Notes under the pieces: model-generated
The model's input: the letters and a program-made list of their open reading frames with translations, nothing else
Database searches by the model: none
What the model was told of the DNA's origin: nothing
NCBI GenBank assembly: GCA_963754315.1
Contig: CAVWFS010000015.1
Span: 64,001-128,000, forward strand
Source of the DNA: an uncultured Candidatus Rokubacteria bacterium
Lineage (GTDB): Bacteria > Methylomirabilota > Methylomirabilia > Rokubacteriales > CSP1-6
Length of the DNA stretch: 64,000 nucleotides
Direction: 5' to 3'
Translations under genes and position numbers: made by a program
Part shown: positions 32,739 through 43,229 of the stretch, one piece after another
Layout of the letters: every line of letters begins with the position of its first letter
Numbering within the stretch: the stretch's first letter is position 1

Positions 32739-34219
32739 GGGGTTGGCCGCGGAGGCGTGACCGGTCGCCGTGGCGCCAGCGGCAGCGCGCGCAGACCGTT
32801 CAGATCGATCGGGGGCATCTCCAGGCTCAGACTCTGGAGCACAGCGTTGGCGAGCTCGTTGTAGCGATTGAAGGAGCGGCGGAGCCGACCGCGCCAGGCA
32901 GGAATTCCACCGTTGGCGTGAAGCTCGAACGCCGACTCCCGGCCGTCCAGGGCAGAGGCGACGTGATCGGCGGCCATCTGAAGCAAGGCCGAGCGCTGCA
33001 GAGCCGTGTAGCCGCCGCCCCTGAACGACTCCTCCAGCTCCGCTCCCACCTCGGGTGAGGCCAGGTCCTTGTCGGACGGGGCCACCATGAGCGACGATCC
33101 CGGAAGAATGCGCAGGATCTCGGTGATACGCTGCCGCGCCTTCTGCATGGCGATGCTGCCCGCCGCCACGTGGCCGCGCCCGGGAATGCAGTAGCCCTCG
33201 GCCGTGAGTTCCGGATCGAGCTCGGCGGCCGTTTGACAGCTTCGGACGGTTTGCACGTCCACGATCAGATCAACCAGGTACTCGATGGTCGGCTCATGCT
33301 CCGTGAGCCCCATGGCGTGCGTGCAGGCCAGGGCGAGCCCCAGCGTGAACTCCGCCTTCGAGAGCCAGCAGTAGAGCTGGTGCCAGAACAGCCAGGAAGC
33401 CATGGCTTCCGGCGATGGATCGAGGAGAAAGACACGCTCCCAGGGGACGAAGACATCATCGAGCCACATCTGGCCGTCGAGCTCGTCATAGCGGCTGCTC
33501 AAGGGGGCGAGGAACGGGTTCGCGTGGCGGGCCGAGATCTTCCGGCACACGATCGTGACGCCGGGAGCATTGACGGCAACGATGAAGGTCGCCCGATGCC
33601 CGTCGCGATCAATGCCCGAGTGCCCCCCCACGTACACGTCCTCGGCGTAGGCGGGGCTGGTGTGCATGCCAATCTTCCCCCGGACGATGACCCCGGCATC
33701 GGTCTCGCGGACGAGCTGAAGCGCGGCGCGGGCGTCAGGATCGTCGCGCAGGCGATAACCGATGGTGGCGGCCCCCGCCGAAAACGTCAGGAATCGTCCC
33801 GTGCGGACAATCAGATCCCGGTACGCGGCGGCGTGGGTAATCTGCTCCCGGGAGACGTTGCGTTGCTGAACGGCGTCGAGAATGCCGAGCGCGATGAGAT
33901 TTCCGTAGGCCGGAGTGTGGGTGATGTTGCCAGCGCTCAGAAAGGTCGTCGCCGAGAAACACTGACCCATTCCGCGCAGGTGATCGGAGCTCGTGGGGAG
34001 AGTGAAGGCCCAGGGCGTACGGCTCCCCTGGGGATCGGCGGGCCCCAGGACGGTGTCGCGCCACGCCGGGTCGAAGTGACGGTCATACCAGGCCACGTAT
34101 TCGTCCACCATGGCGCGCGTGGCGGGATGCACGGTGACGTCATCGATCAAGCCTTCACCCATGATCCACACCCGGCGACCATCGCGCAGCGCCTCTCGGT
34201 ACTCGGCTCCCGTCCTCAT
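32729..34219 (-). CDS. 4-hydroxyphenylacetate 3-hydroxylase-family (HpaB-like) flavin-dependent oxygenase component
   Basis: MRTGAEYREALRDGRRVWIMGE.I.DVTVHP, GVIVRGK, PLSSRYDELD, DDVFVPWERVF. Confidence 0.82.
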   Translation of the reverse strand: MRTGAEYREALRDGRRVWIMGEGLIDDVTVHPATRAMVDEYVAWYDRHFDPAWRDTVLGPADPQGSRTPWAFTLPTSSDHLRGMGQCFSATTFLSAGNITHTPAYGNLIALGILDAVQQRNVSREQITHAAAYRDLIVRTGRFLTFSAGAATIGYRLRDDPDARAALQLVRETDAGVIVRGKIGMHTSPAYAEDVYVGGHSGIDRDGHRATFIVAVNAPGVTIVCRKISARHANPFLAPLSSRYDELDGQMWLDDVFVPWERVFLLDPSPEAMASWLFWHQLYCWLSKAEFTLGLALACTHAMGLTEHEPTIEYLVDLIVDVQTVRSCQTAAELDPELTAEGYCIPGRGHVAAGSIAMQKARQRITEILRILPGSSLMVAPSDKDLASPEVGAELEESFRGGGYTALQRSALLQMAADHVASALDGRESAFELHANGGIPAWRGRLRRSFNRYNELANAVLQSLSLEMPPIDLNGLRALPLAPRRPVTPPRPTPHA

Positions 34220-35973
34220 GGCCGCGTGATCACGTCGACGAGGGCGGGGAGGCCCTCGTCCTTCACGACGCGCAGGGCGCGCCGCAGGGCTGGCCCCACG
34301 GCGTCAGGCGTCTCGATGGGGCCCTCCGCGTAAACACCGAATCCCTGGGCGATGCGCGCAAAGTCGGGGGCCGGGTTGTCGATGCGAATCCCCACGACCT
34401 TGTTCTCTACCGGGCGACCCCGGGTCTTGGCGACCGCGTCCTGATGCTCCTCGTCGTTGCCGTACGAGCGATTGTTGAACATCACCGTGAGCAGGGGCAG
34501 CCGGTGGTGAGACGCCGTGTAGAATCCGCTCACCACGTAGAGAAGGTCGCCATCCGCCTGCAAATTCACACAGAGTTTTCCGCTGCCTCGATGGGCGAGC
34601 GCCACTCCCAGCGCGGCCGGAAGGCCGTAGCCAAGTCCAGCTCCGCCGCTCCCGCCATAGCTACGCTCGGGCTGCCAGTCCCAGAGCCGCCGCGCCCAGC
34701 CCTTGCCAGTCCCGTTGGCGAGGATCCAATCCTCGTTCTGGATAACCTTCCACACTTCGGCGGCGAGGACGGATGGGGCAATGGGTCGCGCCGAGCGCTC
34801 GAGGTCGAGCGTGGTGTCCCATTCACGACGGAGCGCTGCATGGCGGGCCGCCACCCGCGCGGCGCGCGTCTGGCGCTCGGAGGCCCGAGGGTCGTTGGTG
34901 AGACGGTCGTCGACCGCCGCCAGCAGGGCGGGCAGCGCCAGCCCGGCGTCGGCAGCGATGGGAAGATCGACCGGGGCCAGCGACTGGTACGTCTGCGCCC
35001 AGCTCCGCAGCGCGTAGTCGTCGAGGGAAATTGAAATGACGTGCGCGCCCTCGTTCAGCAGTCGCACCTCGCGGGTGCTGCGATCGGTCTCGGCCAGCGC
35101 GCTGAGAAAGCTCGATACGTCGAGGGCCAGAACCACGTCGGCCTCGGCCACGACCTCACGGCGAGCATCGGTCATGTCGAGCGGATGGCGAGAGGAGACA
35201 CTCGGCCGCCCCTGGGACTCACCGGCGAGATCGATGAGGGGTGCGGCGAGCCGCTCGGCAAGACGACCGAGGGCGGCACACGCATGAGGTCGACGCCCGA
35301 GCGACTCGACGAGAATGATGGGAAAACGCGCCTCGACAAGCCGCCGCGCCGCCTCGTCGAGCGCGCGCGGATCGGCGTGTGGTGGTGTGGACGGCCCGAA
35401 GCGCGTCACATCGGGCACAGAGACCGGACCGTCGAGAGCTTGCTCCTGGAGCGCAGCATCGAGGCAGAGGTACACCGGGCCTTGAGGTTCGCTCTGGGCC
35501 ACCCGCCAGGCTCGCAGAAAGGTTTCGGGAATGGCACCGATGCTGGCTGGCTGGTCGTCCAGCTTGACGTAGTCGCGCACCTGGGTGCCCTGCACGAGGG
35601 CCGTATGGATCCAGTCGATCCACGGCCGGCGGCGGGTCGAATCCATGGGGCCCGTGGCCCCCAGTACCAAGATCGGCGCCCGGTCGCAGAACGCGTTGAA
35701 GATCGCCATGCTGGCGTGCTGAAGGCCGACGATGTCGTGCACCACGGCCGCCATCGGCCTCCCTTTGGCCTTGGCATAGCCGTGGGCGAGGCCGACCGCG
35801 ATCTCTTCGTGAGTGGTGAGGATCAGCTCGGGCTGTTGGGGTCCACGGTAGTTCACCAGCGAGTCGTGAAGGCCACGAAAGGTCGCGCCCGGATTGATCG
35901 CGACATGCTCGACCCCCACCGCGCGCAGCAGGTCAACGACCAGGTCGGAGCCATAGCGAGCCGTCGGCGCCAC
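34216..35973 (-). CDS. TPP-binding enzyme (benzoylformate decarboxylase/ALS-like)
   Basis: GSDLVVDLL, NPGATFRGLHDS, HEEIAV, ADGDLLY..NNRSYG; GTG start 35973. Confidence 0.88.
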   Translation of the reverse strand: MAPTARYGSDLVVDLLRAVGVEHVAINPGATFRGLHDSLVNYRGPQQPELILTTHEEIAVGLAHGYAKAKGRPMAAVVHDIVGLQHASMAIFNAFCDRAPILVLGATGPMDSTRRRPWIDWIHTALVQGTQVRDYVKLDDQPASIGAIPETFLRAWRVAQSEPQGPVYLCLDAALQEQALDGPVSVPDVTRFGPSTPPHADPRALDEAARRLVEARFPIILVESLGRRPHACAALGRLAERLAAPLIDLAGESQGRPSVSSRHPLDMTDARREVVAEADVVLALDVSSFLSALAETDRSTREVRLLNEGAHVISISLDDYALRSWAQTYQSLAPVDLPIAADAGLALPALLAAVDDRLTNDPRASERQTRAARVAARHAALRREWDTTLDLERSARPIAPSVLAAEVWKVIQNEDWILANGTGKGWARRLWDWQPERSYGGSGGAGLGYGLPAALGVALAHRGSGKLCVNLQADGDLLYVVSGFYTASHHRLPLLTVMFNNRSYGNDEEHQDAVAKTRGRPVENKVVGIRIDNPAPDFARIAQGFGVYAEGPIETPDAVGPALRRALRVVKDEGLPALVDVITRP

Positions 35974-35981
35974 GGAAAGGC

Positions 35982-36065
35982 ACCGTATGTCGGTCCCCGC
36001 AAGGTTGTCAAGCGCGCGCGAGCCATGGCGGCTCCTTGACACCGTCTCGCCCCTGACCTTAGAAA
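35982..36065. promoter_or_regulatory. Back-to-back sigma70-like promoters
   Basis: Minus strand TTGACA(36011-36006)-18 nt-TACGGT; plus strand TTGACA(36036-36041)-18 nt-TAGAAA. Confidence 0.5.
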
Positions 36066-36114
36066 TGCGGCGTAATGGCCCTGTGATGCTGGTCCTCGAG
36101 GAAAGGCGGCGCGC

Positions 36115-36759
36115 GTGGCCTACTTCATGAGACTGCTCGAGGACAGGCTGACGGTCGGGGCTTTGTCGAGGCCGCTGCCACCCCTGCACCGTGTTCTGTT
36201 CGTGATCGAAGGCGAGTCACGTGTGTCCGCCCAGAAGGTTGAGCGGTCGGTGGCCGCTGGCCACGCCTGGTACGGACACGAGCCCTGCGCGCTCGGGCCA
36301 GGTGACGCGAACGCGCGCGTGCTACGTTTCGAGCTGTACCGGGATCGGCCCCCCGCGCTCGACGGCGGCATGCTGAAGCTCGCCCACTCGATCGACCTCG
36401 ATCCGAAGGCAGCCTGGCTGATGCGCTGCGATCGGGTGGACTTCGAGCCGGCGGGCGAAGCTCCCTTGCATCGTCACCGCGGCGGCGGCATCCGCTGCCT
36501 CCTGCGTGGCGCGATCGAGGTCACCGTGGGCGACGAGCCGGCCCGCCGGATTCTCCCCGGAGGGGCCTGGTTCGAAAGTGGGCGCGAGCCCGTCTACGCG
36601 GCGGCGGCGCTTGACGAGGAGACGAGCTTCATCCGGGTGACCGTCCAGCCGGCGGAGATCCGCGGACGGAGCTCCATCATGTACGTGAACCCCGCCGACG
36701 CAACCCGAAAACCTCGCTCGTACCACGTCTTCGTCGACGAGCCCATCCGGCTGCGCTAG
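36115..36759 (+). CDS. Cupin-fold protein
   Basis: PLHRHRGGGIRCL, PGGAWFESG; two cupin-like halves. Confidence 0.7.
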   Translation: MAYFMRLLEDRLTVGALSRPLPPLHRVLFVIEGESRVSAQKVERSVAAGHAWYGHEPCALGPGDANARVLRFELYRDRPPALDGGMLKLAHSIDLDPKAAWLMRCDRVDFEPAGEAPLHRHRGGGIRCLLRGAIEVTVGDEPARRILPGGAWFESGREPVYAAAALDEETSFIRVTVQPAEIRGRSSIMYVNPADATRKPRSYHVFVDEPIRLR

Positions 36760-36868
36760 GATGTAGGCCCCGACATGATCCTCAACCTTCTGCGGCCGAA
36801 CCGCTCCCGGGAACCAGGGGGCAGTTCTCGACGTTCCCAGCATGGTGGATCCTGAGAGACGATAGCCG

Positions 36869-37957
36869 ATGAGCATGTCCGCGCCCACGGTGGGAATCAT
36901 CGGGCTCGGCTTCGGCCGCGCCCACATCCCTGCCTTCCAGGCCCAGGGCTGTCACGTGGTTGCCCTTTGCCAGCGCGATCAGGCGAGCGCCAAAATCCTG
37001 GCTGACCGCTATCGCATTCCGCGCGTCTTCGACCGCTGGGAGGAGATGCTGGAGGCGGCTCGACCCGAGATCGTCGTCATTGCCGCCCCGCCGCATCTGC
37101 ACCACCCCATCGCGTTGCGCGCGTTTGCCCAGGGCGCCCACGTGCTGTGTGAGAAACCACTGGCCATGAACCGGACCGAGGGCGAGGCGATGCTCAGCGC
37201 GGCCGAGCGCAGCCGCCGCACCGCCATGACCAGTTTCAACTGGCGCTTCGTGGCCGCCATGCAAGAACTTCACGCCCGCGTGAATGAGGGCGCCCTCGGT
37301 CGGGTGTTCCACGTGAACGGCCGGTGGATGGGTGGGCGCTGGGCAAAGGCGACGGACGCAGCGACCTGGCGCATGGACCGAGCCCAGGCCGGCCACGGCT
37401 CGATGGGTGACATGGGAGTGCATCTGGTCGACTTCGTGCGCTGGACCTTCGGTGACTTCGTCCGCGTAGCGGCACGGGCAGGCGTGGCGTTTCCGGAGCG
37501 TTCGGCGCCTGGTGTGGAGCGTCCCGCCGACGCCGAGGACTACTGCGCCATCGTCGGAGAGCTCACCTCGGGCGCCACGGTCGCGCTCAGCACGAGCCGG
37601 GCCGCGCGGGGGCTCAACGAGCACTCGCTGGATGCTTTCGGGAGCGGCGGTGGCCTCGCGTATCGCTTCGTCCGTGACGGCAGCCGCTGGTGGGACGGAG
37701 AGCTGCGCGCCACGGCCGACGGAGATGTCCTCAAGCTCGTGAGCCCGCGTGTCACGTCGGATGGGGCGGGCGAAGGCGACCAGATGGAAATCGTCGGCAA
37801 GGCCACCATCGGCCCCCTCGTCGGCCGCTTTCTGGACGCCATCAAGACTGGCACGTCTGCCGAGCCCTCCTTTCTCGACGGTGTTCGGGCCCAGGCCGTC
37901 CTCGACGCTGTGCTGGCCGCCACCGTGCGAGGGGACTGGGTGCCGGTAACACGATGA
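36869..37957 (+). CDS. Gfo/Idh/MocA family oxidoreductase
   Basis: GIIGLGFG, HVLCEKPLA, GSMGDMGVHLVD. Confidence 0.92.
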   Translation: MSMSAPTVGIIGLGFGRAHIPAFQAQGCHVVALCQRDQASAKILADRYRIPRVFDRWEEMLEAARPEIVVIAAPPHLHHPIALRAFAQGAHVLCEKPLAMNRTEGEAMLSAAERSRRTAMTSFNWRFVAAMQELHARVNEGALGRVFHVNGRWMGGRWAKATDAATWRMDRAQAGHGSMGDMGVHLVDFVRWTFGDFVRVAARAGVAFPERSAPGVERPADAEDYCAIVGELTSGATVALSTSRAARGLNEHSLDAFGSGGGLAYRFVRDGSRWWDGELRATADGDVLKLVSPRVTSDGAGEGDQMEIVGKATIGPLVGRFLDAIKTGTSAEPSFLDGVRAQAVLDAVLAATVRGDWVPVTR

Positions 37958-38070
37958 AGGGACGGGTCACGCACCTATGTTGCCGCGCCCGCCACCACCC
38001 GGATTTGATAGCGTCGTCCACGCGACGTTCCCGTGAAGTCAACCGTCCACCACAGAAAGGAGTCACTCAG

Positions 38071-38502
38071 ATGATTCGACGCATGCTCACCCTCACCGCC
38101 GCGGGTGCTTTCCTCATGTCGGTCGCGGCGCCCGTCCTGGCCCAGCAGCCCGCGGCAGCACCGCCCAAGGCCGATGCCCCCAAGGCTGACATGGCCAAGC
38201 CGGACGCCAGCAAGGCCACGGCGAAGCCCGCCAAGGCGGCCACAAAGACGGCGACCGGTCAGCTCAAGAAGGTCAGCGATACCGAGATGGTCGTCATCGT
38301 CACCCCGAAGGGCAAGAACGCCGAAGACGTCACCTTCATCGTCGAGAAGGAAACGAAGATCATGAAGGGCGGCAAGGTCGTCGCGGTCAAGGATGTGATG
38401 GAGGCCGAGACGGTCACCGTGACCTACGCCGAGGCCGACGGCAAGAAGACCGCCAAGTCGGTCACGAGCAAGGGCGCCCCTGCCCCAGCCGCCAAGAAGT
38501 AG
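38071..38502 (+). CDS. Secreted Lys/Ala-rich hypothetical protein
   Basis: AAAGGAG RBS, signal peptide ending PVLA, PKAD low-complexity linker, small beta-rich C-terminal domain. Confidence 0.8.
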   Translation: MIRRMLTLTAAGAFLMSVAAPVLAQQPAAAPPKADAPKADMAKPDASKATAKPAKAATKTATGQLKKVSDTEMVVIVTPKGKNAEDVTFIVEKETKIMKGGKVVAVKDVMEAETVTVTYAEADGKKTAKSVTSKGAPAPAAKK

Positions 38503-38522
38503 CCACACGTCAGGATTGCCGG

Positions 38523-38550
38523 ACCCCCGGGGTCGCGCGACTCCGGGGGT
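38523..38550 (+). terminator. GC-rich inverted repeat after the secreted protein gene
   Basis: acccccggggtcg / cgactccgggggt; overlaps the GTG of the next gene; no U-tract. Confidence 0.45.
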
Positions 38551-39646
38551 GCGGAGTCGGTTGTCGCTTGCTCTGCTGATTCTGCTCGCCACGGTGCTCA
38601 CGGGAGCGCTCGTGGCGAGCTACTTCACCTTCTGGCGGGCCGTTCGGCCACCCCGTGCCAAGGTCCCTCTGAAGCCGTCCGATGTCGGTCTCGAGGTGCG
38701 CGATATCACGATCGACGCCGAGGACGGTGTCGCTCTGCACGGCTGGCTCGTTCCCCGTCCAGGGGCCCCTGGTGTCGTGGTCCTGCATGGCTATCCGGCC
38801 GAGAAAGCGGAGATGTTGCCGATCGCGGCGACATTGGCCCAGCACTTCTCGGTGCTCCTCATGGACCTCCGATACTTCGGAAAAAGCGGAGGTGGCGCCA
38901 CGACCTTTGGAGTCCGCGAACGTGGCGACCTGCGGCGCGCTGTCGACGTCCTGATGGCACAGGGCACTTCTTCCGTCGGGGTGTTCGGGCTGTCCCTCGG
39001 CGGGGCGGTGGCGATCCTGACGGCGGCCGAGGACCCCCGCATCCGGGCCATCGCCGCCTGCGCGCCCTATTCCGACCTGAAGACCCTGGCGCGTGAGCTC
39101 CACGAATGGCTCGGCCTCGCGAAGTACCCTTACGTCGAGCTGATGGCGCTGTGGGGTCGCCTCCTCCTGGGCGTCGATCTCGGCGTTGCCTCGCCAGCAA
39201 CGGCGGCGCGCCATCTCATGACGCCAGTGCTTCTGATCGCCAGCCGTGAGGATGAGCTGATCCGCTTTCACCATGCGGAAGCTCTGCAGGCTGCCCTGCG
39301 CGGAAATCCGGCGGCCGAGTTCGTGGTCATGGCGCGCGGGCGCCACGGGGAGTTGCCGGCCGACGTCGTGTCACGCCTGGCGCGATTCTTCCGCGCTCAC
39401 CTCACCTCGACGAAGCTCGACGCAGAGCCAGTGTCCGAATCTCCCGGCCGCGTCAGCGGAATCCCCGTCACCCGGGCTCCGAAGGGGGCCAGAGCGTCCT
39501 CGATTGCCTGGGCTATGAGCGGATGGACCGGCATGATGCCGCCCTCCCCGGCCCCCTTGGCTCCAAGTGGGTTGAGCGGGGTGGGCGACTCCAGATGGCG
39601 AATCTCGAATGTGCGTGGGGCGTCGGCCGCCGTGGCCAGCGCATAG
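38549..39646 (+). CDS. Membrane-anchored alpha/beta hydrolase (true end probably near 39410)
   Basis: N-terminal TM, LHGW, VVLHGY, GLSLGG, ED.LI, GRH; the last about 80 aa overlap the CoxL-like gene on the opposite strand. Confidence 0.75.
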   Translation: MRSRLSLALLILLATVLTGALVASYFTFWRAVRPPRAKVPLKPSDVGLEVRDITIDAEDGVALHGWLVPRPGAPGVVVLHGYPAEKAEMLPIAATLAQHFSVLLMDLRYFGKSGGGATTFGVRERGDLRRAVDVLMAQGTSSVGVFGLSLGGAVAILTAAEDPRIRAIAACAPYSDLKTLARELHEWLGLAKYPYVELMALWGRLLLGVDLGVASPATAARHLMTPVLLIASREDELIRFHHAEALQAALRGNPAAEFVVMARGRHGELPADVVSRLARFFRAHLTSTKLDAEPVSESPGRVSGIPVTRAPKGARASSIAWAMSGWTGMMPPSPAPLAPSGLSGVGDSRWRISNVRGASAAVASA

Positions 39647-41709
39647 TCCATCAGGGTGGCCGTCAGCCGCTGACCGGACTCATCGTAGGCGAGCTGCTCG
39701 TTGAGGGCGTCAGGAATACCCTGCACCACGGCGCCATGGATCTGGCCGTCGACGAGAGTCGGTTGCAGCACGCGACCACAATCATGGGCCACGATCCAGC
39801 GCAGGATCGTCACCGCGCCCGTCTCCAGGTCGACCTCGAGGACGACCGCATGGGTCCCGTTGGCGTAGGCCGACTGCGCCACCGTGAACACGTGCGTCTC
39901 TTCGAGGCCCTCCGCCTCTCCGGGCGCGCGAGCCGCGTGAGCGGCTGCCGCGATCTGCGCCCAGCCAACCGAGCGGCTCGGCAATCCCCTCACGAAGAAC
40001 TGGCCGTTGTGGTTGATGACGTCGGCCGCGGCCGCTTCCAGCAGACGACCGGCAATGCGGGCAGCTTTCTGCACCACGGCGCGCCCGGCCAGCAACGCAG
40101 CGCTGCCTCCAATGGCCGCCGTGCGGCTGCCGTAGGTCCCACCGCCGGTCTCGATGAGCGCCGTGTCGCCCGTGAGAACCTCGATGGCAGACGGATCGAT
40201 CCCGAGAAGGTCGCCCACGAGCTCGGAGAACATGGTGACGTGGCCCTGCCCCTGGGGGGCGGCGCCCGTGATCACCGTCACCTGCCCGTCGGCCCTCACG
40301 CGGACCGTCACGCTCTCGTGGGGGACGGTCGCGGTCGCTTCGATGTAGTTCACGAGACCGATGCCGAGGTAACGTCCCTCCGCGCGCAGGCGCGACTGCT
40401 CCTGCCGCGTGGCGGGCAGGTCGAGGGTTTCCAGTGCCAGCTCCATACAGCGAGGAAAGTTGCCACTGTCGTAGATGACGGGGCCTCGGCCCGCGGTCGT
40501 GAGTCCCGTGTCGTGCGGATGAGCATCGGCCGGGACAAGGTTACGCCGGCGCACCGCGATGGGGTCGACGGCGAGCTCGCGGGCGAGCGCGTCGATGGCG
40601 CGCTCGATCACGGCCGTTCCCTGCGGGCGGCCGGCGCCCCGGTAGGCGCCTACCGGCGTGGTGTGGGTGAGAAGGCCCCGCATGCTCAGCTCCACGCTCG
40701 GGATCCGATAGGGCCCCACGGAGTGAATCATGGTGTTCTGGGGCAAGTTGAGGCCAGAGATGGTATAGGCCCCCATCTCGTGCAGGAAGCTATCGCGGAA
40801 GGCGAGCAGATCGCCCGCCCGCGTGGCGGCGATCACGAGGTCGTGGATCTGCTCGCGCTCCACGCACGCCACCAAGGTGTGCTCGCGACGGTCCTCGATC
40901 CACTTCACGGGACGGCCGAGCTTCATGGCGAGCGCGGCCACCACGATGTATTCGGGATAGTACATACCCTTGGTGCCGAATCCACCCCCCACGTCGGCCG
41001 GCGCGATCACCCGCACCTGCTCCTCGGCCAATCCCAGGTGGCCCGCGAACACGGCGCGGTGGCGGTGGACCATCTGGACGGCGGCCCATACGGTGAGCCG
41101 ACCGTCCGCCCAGTGGGCCACGAGCCCGCGCGGTTCGAGAGGATGGGCGCCGCCGCGCGAGAGTCGAAACCGGGTGCGGACCACGACCTCGGCCGCCCGC
41201 ATGGCCGCCTCGACGTCCCCCACGCGCTGTTGCCACTCGGTGACGACATTGGTGCCGAGCCAGTCGTGCACGAGCGGCGCGCCGGCCTCCAACGCCGCCT
41301 CGACGCCGACCACTGCGGGACGCGGGTCGTAGTCCACGCGAATGGCCTCGAGCGCGTCGTGGGCGCGGTATGTGTCGTCCGCGACGACAGCCGCCACCGG
41401 TTCGCCCACGAAGCGCACCACGTTCCGCGCCAGCGGCCTGATCCCGCACGGTCGCGGCAGCGCGGGATGCGGCGCATAGATTGGCATGGGCTCGGCCGCC
41501 GGCCCGAGGTCCTCCGAGGTGACGACGGCGATCACGCCCGGCGCGCCCGCGGCCGCCGTCGTATCGATACCGCGGATGACGGCGTGCGCATGGGGTGAGC
41601 GGAGGATGGCGACGTGCACCGAGTTCGCCAGGCGGAGGTCGTCGACGAACTGTCCGGCCCCGGTGACCAGACGCGGATCCTCACGCCGGCGAACCCCGTC
41701 CGTCCTCAC
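39397..41709 (-). CDS. Xanthine dehydrogenase-family molybdopterin subunit (form II CoxL-like)
   Basis: REDPRLVTG, DVGGGFGTK, AYRGAGR, QGQGH, GAKGAGEGG. Confidence 0.9.
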   Translation of the reverse strand: MRTDGVRRREDPRLVTGAGQFVDDLRLANSVHVAILRSPHAHAVIRGIDTTAAAGAPGVIAVVTSEDLGPAAEPMPIYAPHPALPRPCGIRPLARNVVRFVGEPVAAVVADDTYRAHDALEAIRVDYDPRPAVVGVEAALEAGAPLVHDWLGTNVVTEWQQRVGDVEAAMRAAEVVVRTRFRLSRGGAHPLEPRGLVAHWADGRLTVWAAVQMVHRHRAVFAGHLGLAEEQVRVIAPADVGGGFGTKGMYYPEYIVVAALAMKLGRPVKWIEDRREHTLVACVEREQIHDLVIAATRAGDLLAFRDSFLHEMGAYTISGLNLPQNTMIHSVGPYRIPSVELSMRGLLTHTTPVGAYRGAGRPQGTAVIERAIDALARELAVDPIAVRRRNLVPADAHPHDTGLTTAGRGPVIYDSGNFPRCMELALETLDLPATRQEQSRLRAEGRYLGIGLVNYIEATATVPHESVTVRVRADGQVTVITGAAPQGQGHVTMFSELVGDLLGIDPSAIEVLTGDTALIETGGGTYGSRTAAIGGSAALLAGRAVVQKAARIAGRLLEAAAADVINHNGQFFVRGLPSRSVGWAQIAAAAHAARAPGEAEGLEETHVFTVAQSAYANGTHAVVLEVDLETGAVTILRWIVAHDCGRVLQPTLVDGQIHGAVVQGIPDALNEQLAYDESGQRLTATLMDYALATAADAPRTFEIRHLESPTPLNPLGAKGAGEGGIMPVHPLIAQAIEDALAPFGARVTGIPLTRPGDSDTGSASSFVEVR

Positions 41710-43228
41710 GGCACCTCGCCCTCCACGCGCAGGCGCGCGCGCCAGTCCATCGAACGCGAGATGAGCGGCCGGAGGGCAAGCAACACCAGCACCGCCCCCA
41801 CGGCCAGCAGAACTGCCGAGATGGGACGGGTGATGAAGACGTCATAGCGCCCACCGGACATGGCGAGGCCCTGGCGCAGGCTCAGCTCCATCATCGGCGC
41901 CAGCACGAGACCCAGCACGATGGGCGCCGTCTCGAAGTCGAGCTTGCGCAGGACGTAGCCGAGAACCCCCATGGCCAGCATGATCCAGACGTCGACCACG
42001 CTGCTGTTGACCGCGTACACCCCGAGGATCGAGCAGACGAGAATGGTCGGGTACAGCACGGGATAGGGAACGCGCAAGAGATTCACGAAGAGTCCGACCA
42101 GCGGCAGGTTCAGGATGAGCAGGACGACGTTGCCCACGTACATCGAGGCGATGAACCCCCAGAAGAGTTGCGGGTCGTTCTTGATGAGCAGCGGGCCCGG
42201 GGTCACGCCATGCACCATCATGGCCGCCAGCAGCAACGCCGCCACCGGCGCGCCCGGCACGCCGAGGGCCAGCATGGGCACGAAGGCACCCGAGGTCGCC
42301 GCGTTGTTGGCGGCCTCCGGTCCGGCCACGCCCGCCACCGCCCCCTGGCCGAAACGCTCGGGATGCCTGGAGATCCTCCGTTCGACGGCATAGGAGACGA
42401 ACGTCGAGATGACGTGGGCAGAGCCGGGGATGATCCCAATCAGGAAACCCAGGAGCGCTCCGCGCCCGGTGGGCAGGCCCGACTCCCGCCACTCCTGAGC
42501 CGAGGGCAGCAACTCGCGGAAGCGCGGCTTGATGACCTGGGGGGGATTCTTCTGACCGGCCGTGATGAGAATCTCCGCCAGTCCAAAGAGCCCGACCGCT
42601 ACCGGGACCACGCCGATCCCATCGCCCAGCTCGGTGATGCCATAGGCGAAGCGAAAGTAGCCGCTCATCTGATCGATACCGATCATGCCAAGGAGGAGAC
42701 CGAGGGAGGCCATGGCCAGCCCTCTCAGCATCGAGCCGGAGTTCATGTAGGCGAGCACGAGCAGACCGAGGAGGAGCAGGGAGAAGTACTCGGGAGGTCC
42801 GAAGCGCAGCGCGAACGAGGCCAGCGGCGGTGCCAGGAACATCAGCGCGACCACGCTCAACGTGCCAGCCACGTACGAGCTCACGGCGGCAATGGCCAGG
42901 GCAGCGCCGGCCCGCCCCTTCCGGGCCATCGCGTACCCGTCGATGCACGTCATGACCGAGGCAGCCTCCCCGGGATGCGCATCAGGATCGACGTGGTGGA
43001 GCCTCCGTACATGGCCCCGTAGTAGATGCCGGCCAGCATGACGATGGCGCGCGTCGCATCGAGACCGAAGGTGGCGGGCAGGAGCAGGCTGATGCCAGCC
43101 AGCGGCCCCACCCCAGGCAACACGCCCACCAAGGTGCCGACGAGACAGCCGATGAAACCGTACCAGAGGACGCCGGGGGAGAGCGCGACGGAAAAGCCCA
43201 GGTAGAGGCTCTGGAGCGTCTCGAGCAC
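41706..43228 (-). CDS. tctA: Tripartite tricarboxylate transporter permease, frameshifted near 42969
   Basis: GVLPGVG and YYGAMYGGS..IPG, then (E)AASVMTCIDGY and GPEAANNA in another frame; shift at a G homopolymer. Confidence 0.88.
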
Positions 43229-43229
43229 G

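Noticed and set aside
39397..41709. Aerobic CO dehydrogenase (form I coxL)
   Set aside because: The loop is AYRGAGR rather than AYxCSFR, and coxM, coxS and accessory genes are absent
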